Source: Candidatus Woesearchaeota archaeon (lineage in GTDB: Archaea; Nanobdellota; Nanobdellia; Pacearchaeales; GW2011-AR1). Taken from it: DNA of 28,336 nucleotides. Numbering within the stretch: position 1 is the first letter of the stretch; each line of letters begins with the position of its first letter. The position numbers and the translations under genes are program-made. Below, one piece after another: positions 25,259-28,336 of this stretch. The stretch is from assembly GCA_964530955.1 (NCBI GenBank), contig CAZHCL010000013.1, positions 1 to 28,336 of the forward strand, in the 5' to 3' direction. The notes beneath the pieces were generated by a model. That model made no database searches. It was not told where the DNA came from and worked only from the letters and a program-made list of their open reading frames with translations.

Positions 25259-27226
25259 ATGACCAGCCAGAAAAAAATTCCTAGGGCAATTATTTCTTTG
25301 TCAATAGTTTTCATAAGCGTCTTATTCACTTATCTTGTTCTTGCACAGCATATCGTTACTCCCTTGAGTTTTACAGTTAATCAGAGTCAAAATTTCTTCT
25401 ACAATATAACAATAAATAATAATGATATAAGTTCTATCAATAACGTAACAAGAATCAATATAACTTTGCCTGCAGGTTTCACTTTTGTCGTGGGTTCAAA
25501 TGGTTCTTATTGTACAGTCCCTACTGGATGTGCACCTGCTAGTTTCACTTTCAATAGCACTTTCAATCTCCTTTCTTGGTTCAATGATACTGCCGGATTA
25601 GCTAACGGAACTTGGAATAGATATGTGTGGTTCAACGCAACTGCGAACTCTACTGTTAATGCTTCTGCGGCAACGTATATTATGACTGTTGTTACCATGG
25701 CAAATAGTACTGCAACTACTACTAATACTACAAATATCGCTGTGGGGGTTAATGATATCCGTGCTCCGAGTTTTTCATTTATATCTCCTACTCCGTCTAA
25801 TGTAGCAAACCTATCTTACTCTAACCTTACTATTAATGTGAGCGTCGCTGACAATGTTGCTTTGAAAACTATAGGGATATATGTCTATAATATGACTGGA
25901 GCGTCTGCAGTTCTTCTTAACAATACTAATACTACTCTTTCGGGTACAACGAACTTTACTAATCTTACTATATTTAATCTTCCTGATGGAGTTTATTCTG
26001 TTAATATAAGTTTGAATGATACTGCTGGAAATGTTAATGCGACATCTATGGGTGCTAATGGGATAATGATAAAGGTGGATACTGTTTATCCTAACTCATC
26101 ATGGGCATTAAGTGGAAATGCGGCGGACTATCTAAATACAACACAAACATCAATATTTGCAAATGTAAGCAATGTTTCTGATGCTAATCTTGTAAATATT
26201 ACTTTCACTTTAGCAAATAGTACTGGAGTTGTTAACATAACTACTTTTACTACTAATTCATCAGATAATCATACGATTACTTGGTCAGGATTACCTGATG
26301 AGCATTATAGCTACAATGTGACTGTCTCGGATGCTGCTGGTAACATAAATACAACTTCTACATTGCACACTACAATAGACACTCATGCTCCAGCAGTTTC
26401 ATTGAGCAAATCTTCGTCAGATACGACTTCATTGACTCTTAATATAGGAATATCTGAGGCTATGACTGGAATATCTAGTTGTAGCGTAAATAGGGATAAT
26501 GCAGTTATTAGTGGAAGCAATACTAGCCAGACAGTAACTGAAGATAATCTTGCTTGTGACAGTGGATATCAATATTCTGTAACTTGCACAGACTATGCGG
26601 GAAATCATGGAAGCGATACTGAAACATTTGCTACAGCTGGATGTGGAAGTAGTGGCGGAAGTAGTGGTGGATCAAGTAGTAGCGATACTACTTCTTGGAC
26701 TGCGACTTATGCCTATGCAGACACTGAATTAAGTGTTCAAGGACCTGTCACCAGAGACTTGACTCAGAATCAGAGAGAAAGTGTTAAGGTAAATAATGTA
26801 GTTCATTATGTTGGAGTAACAAGCGTTTCTAGTACTCAGGCAACGATAGTTGTTATGTCTACACCACAACAAGCTACCTTGAATGTAGGCCAGAGTCAAG
26901 AGTTTGACTTGAATGGTGATGGATATTATGATGTAAAGGTAACTCTCAATAGTATAACTGGATCAAAAGCTAATGTTAGCACAGTATATGTTCATGACCT
27001 TGTTTCTGCAAGTGCAAACAGTGCAGGTAATGAAACAACGAATACTGCAGGGAATGCTGCTTCAGATAATGGGGCAAGTGCCGGTAATGTTCAGACAAAT
27101 ACATCAAGCAAGATGATTTATTGGATAATTGGAATAGTAGTCTTAGTGATTATAATCGTGGTAGTTGCTATGGGTATGGGCAAAAGCCGAAAGATAAACG
27201 GTAGAGTAAAAGTTAAGCATCCTTAA
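25259..27226 (+). CDS. Heavily N-glycosylatable surface glycoprotein with tandem Ig-like domains and C-terminal TM (655 aa)
   Basis: Signal peptide; about 39 N-x-S/T sequons (manual count); repeated D..AP...DxAGN Ig-like units; GSSGGSSGG linker; DLNGDGYYD motif; C-terminal TM and basic tail. Confidence 0.85.
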   Translation: MTSQKKIPRAIISLSIVFISVLFTYLVLAQHIVTPLSFTVNQSQNFFYNITINNNDISSINNVTRINITLPAGFTFVVGSNGSYCTVPTGCAPASFTFNSTFNLLSWFNDTAGLANGTWNRYVWFNATANSTVNASAATYIMTVVTMANSTATTTNTTNIAVGVNDIRAPSFSFISPTPSNVANLSYSNLTINVSVADNVALKTIGIYVYNMTGASAVLLNNTNTTLSGTTNFTNLTIFNLPDGVYSVNISLNDTAGNVNATSMGANGIMIKVDTVYPNSSWALSGNAADYLNTTQTSIFANVSNVSDANLVNITFTLANSTGVVNITTFTTNSSDNHTITWSGLPDEHYSYNVTVSDAAGNINTTSTLHTTIDTHAPAVSLSKSSSDTTSLTLNIGISEAMTGISSCSVNRDNAVISGSNTSQTVTEDNLACDSGYQYSVTCTDYAGNHGSDTETFATAGCGSSGGSSGGSSSSDTTSWTATYAYADTELSVQGPVTRDLTQNQRESVKVNNVVHYVGVTSVSSTQATIVVMSTPQQATLNVGQSQEFDLNGDGYYDVKVTLNSITGSKANVSTVYVHDLVSASANSAGNETTNTAGNAASDNGASAGNVQTNTSSKMIYWIIGIVVLVIIIVVVAMGMGKSRKINGRVKVKHP

Positions 27227-27227
27227 A

Positions 27228-27416
27228 ATGCTCTATTCTGCAAGTAGAACCTCTCTCTCAAGAATTAAATTTTTATCATTAGTTTTTATGTTTGCGCTAT
27301 TGTTTATAATTATTGGTGCTATTTTATCAATTAATTTGTTGATTGCTCTTGGAACTTTAGTGATAATTATTTATATTGCTTATGGTGTTGTTTGGATAGT
27401 TCAAAATAAATCTTAA
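27228..27416 (+). CDS. Small two-TM membrane protein (62 aa)
   Basis: Two hydrophobic helices; starts 1 nt after the stop of the surface glycoprotein. Confidence 0.55.
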   Translation: MLYSASRTSLSRIKFLSLVFMFALLFIIIGAILSINLLIALGTLVIIIYIAYGVVWIVQNKS

Positions 27417-27459
27417 CTATTCAAAACCTTTAAATACTATCCAAAAGACGAATGGGAAT

Positions 27460-27894
27460 ATGGCAGTAAAAAACGGAAATAGAGTGTCAGTAGATTATGA
27501 AGGGAGATTTGAGGACGGAGAAGTATTTGATTCCTCTATGCATGGGGATCATTCTCATCCCCTTGAATTTGTCGTTGGTGAAGGACAAGTTATACCTGGA
27601 TTTGAAAATTCTGTTATTGGAATGAATGAAGGTGAGGAAAAAGAAGTCAAAATATCTCCTTCTGACGCCTATGGAGAACTAAATGATAAGCTTATTCATG
27701 AGTTGCCAAGAAAAGCTCTTCCTAAAGATCAGGAACCTAAAGCAGGGATGGTTTTGATGATGAAAACACCTGATGGGAATCAATTCCCTGCAAGAATAAC
27801 TAAAGTCATCGGCGATAAAGTTACACTTGATTTAAATCATCCTCTTGCTGGAAAGACATTAATATTTAAGATAAAACTTGTTAAAGTTAATTAG
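27460..27894 (+). CDS. slyD: FKBP-type peptidyl-prolyl isomerase with IF chaperone insert (SlyD-like, no His-rich C-tail)
   Basis: V.VDYEGRFEDGEVFDSS...PLEF.VG.GQVIPGFE...G...P.DAYG; DLNHPLAGKTL.F. Confidence 0.92.
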   Translation: MAVKNGNRVSVDYEGRFEDGEVFDSSMHGDHSHPLEFVVGEGQVIPGFENSVIGMNEGEEKEVKISPSDAYGELNDKLIHELPRKALPKDQEPKAGMVLMMKTPDGNQFPARITKVIGDKVTLDLNHPLAGKTLIFKIKLVKVN

Positions 27895-27951
27895 TTTGTT
27901 AATAGATCTCTCTTTCATAATCTTTATAAGTCATTTCTTCTCTAGTCTTTA

Positions 27952-28336
27952 ATGCCCTTAAAAAATAGGAATCTTGGAATGTTTGTTTTTGTCTTATCTG
28001 TTTTTCTCAGTATTTCTTTAGCTAGCGCAGTTTCCCTGAATGGCTATACTGTAGAGTTAAAGTGCAGAGCAGACTTTGTATCTAGGGTTTCTGGCTCATT
28101 AGGAGTGAATAATGATTCAAAGCTGCAGCAGGACGAGAATCAGATTCAGACATATGTTTCTCAGGGAAATTTAACCTTACTTAAAGATTATGTCAAGGGA
28201 AATTTTGATAATGATTTAAAAAATGCAAGAGAATCAATTGTGGGCTGGAGAAAACAAGCTAGAAATGAATCTCTTTCTGATAGACAGAAGATTATTTCTC
28301 AGTATAACTCTGCTAAAAGTGGCTATGAGAGTTGTA
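27952..28336 (+). CDS. Secreted helical protein, 3'-truncated (not in the ORF track)
   Basis: Open from ATG 27952 to the window end: MPLKNRNLGMFVFVLSVFLSISLASA|VSLNGYTVELKCRADF...; TATA-like TTTATAAG at 27923-30. Confidence 0.7.
   Translation, partial: MPLKNRNLGMFVFVLSVFLSISLASAVSLNGYTVELKCRADFVSRVSGSLGVNNDSKLQQDENQIQTYVSQGNLTLLKDYVKGNFDNDLKNARESIVGWRKQARNESLSDRQKIISQYNSAKSGYESC

Noticed and set aside
19890-25698. ORFs 19890..20075, 24085..24297, 25023..25259, 25090..25329 and 25507..25698
   Set aside because: They overlap mre11, argS, the tRNA or the 655-aa gene and its promoter; low-complexity translations.
1-28336. Diversity-generating retroelement behind surface-protein variability
   Set aside because: No reverse transcriptase gene and no TR/VR pair with adenine-specific mismatches was seen.

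Overview
AT-rich, densely coded archaeal chromosomal window, most consistent with a DPANN (Pacearchaeota-like) genome. This placement is inferred from class I CCA enzyme, aCPSF1/FttA next to proteasome beta, TrmB, presenilin-like protease, TATA/BRE promoters and many pilin-like or surface proteins. Housekeeping genes (cca, psmB, aCPSF1, mre11-rad50, argS, FKBP/SlyD, tRNA-Thr(CGU)) are interspersed with surface-protein genes. The most notable observations are four. (1) An inverted single-gene insert encodes a secreted protein ending in a C-terminal module that resembles the Verrucomicrobia '(Y/F)xxExSxDLxxW...RYYR' tail. (2) An unannotated ~257-nt SRP RNA has a non-GNRA helix-8 loop and no recognisable helix 6. 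(3) The conserved GTPase-DUF2073-Zn-ribbon (haloarchaeal oapABC-like) cluster is split by a two-gene surface cassette, whose RCC1 propeller gene carries DNA-identical 28-bp blade repeats. (4) Mre11 and Rad50 carry matching catalytic-motif deviations. No CRISPR array, integrase, transposase or rRNA was seen. All family assignments come from motif recognition, not database searches.
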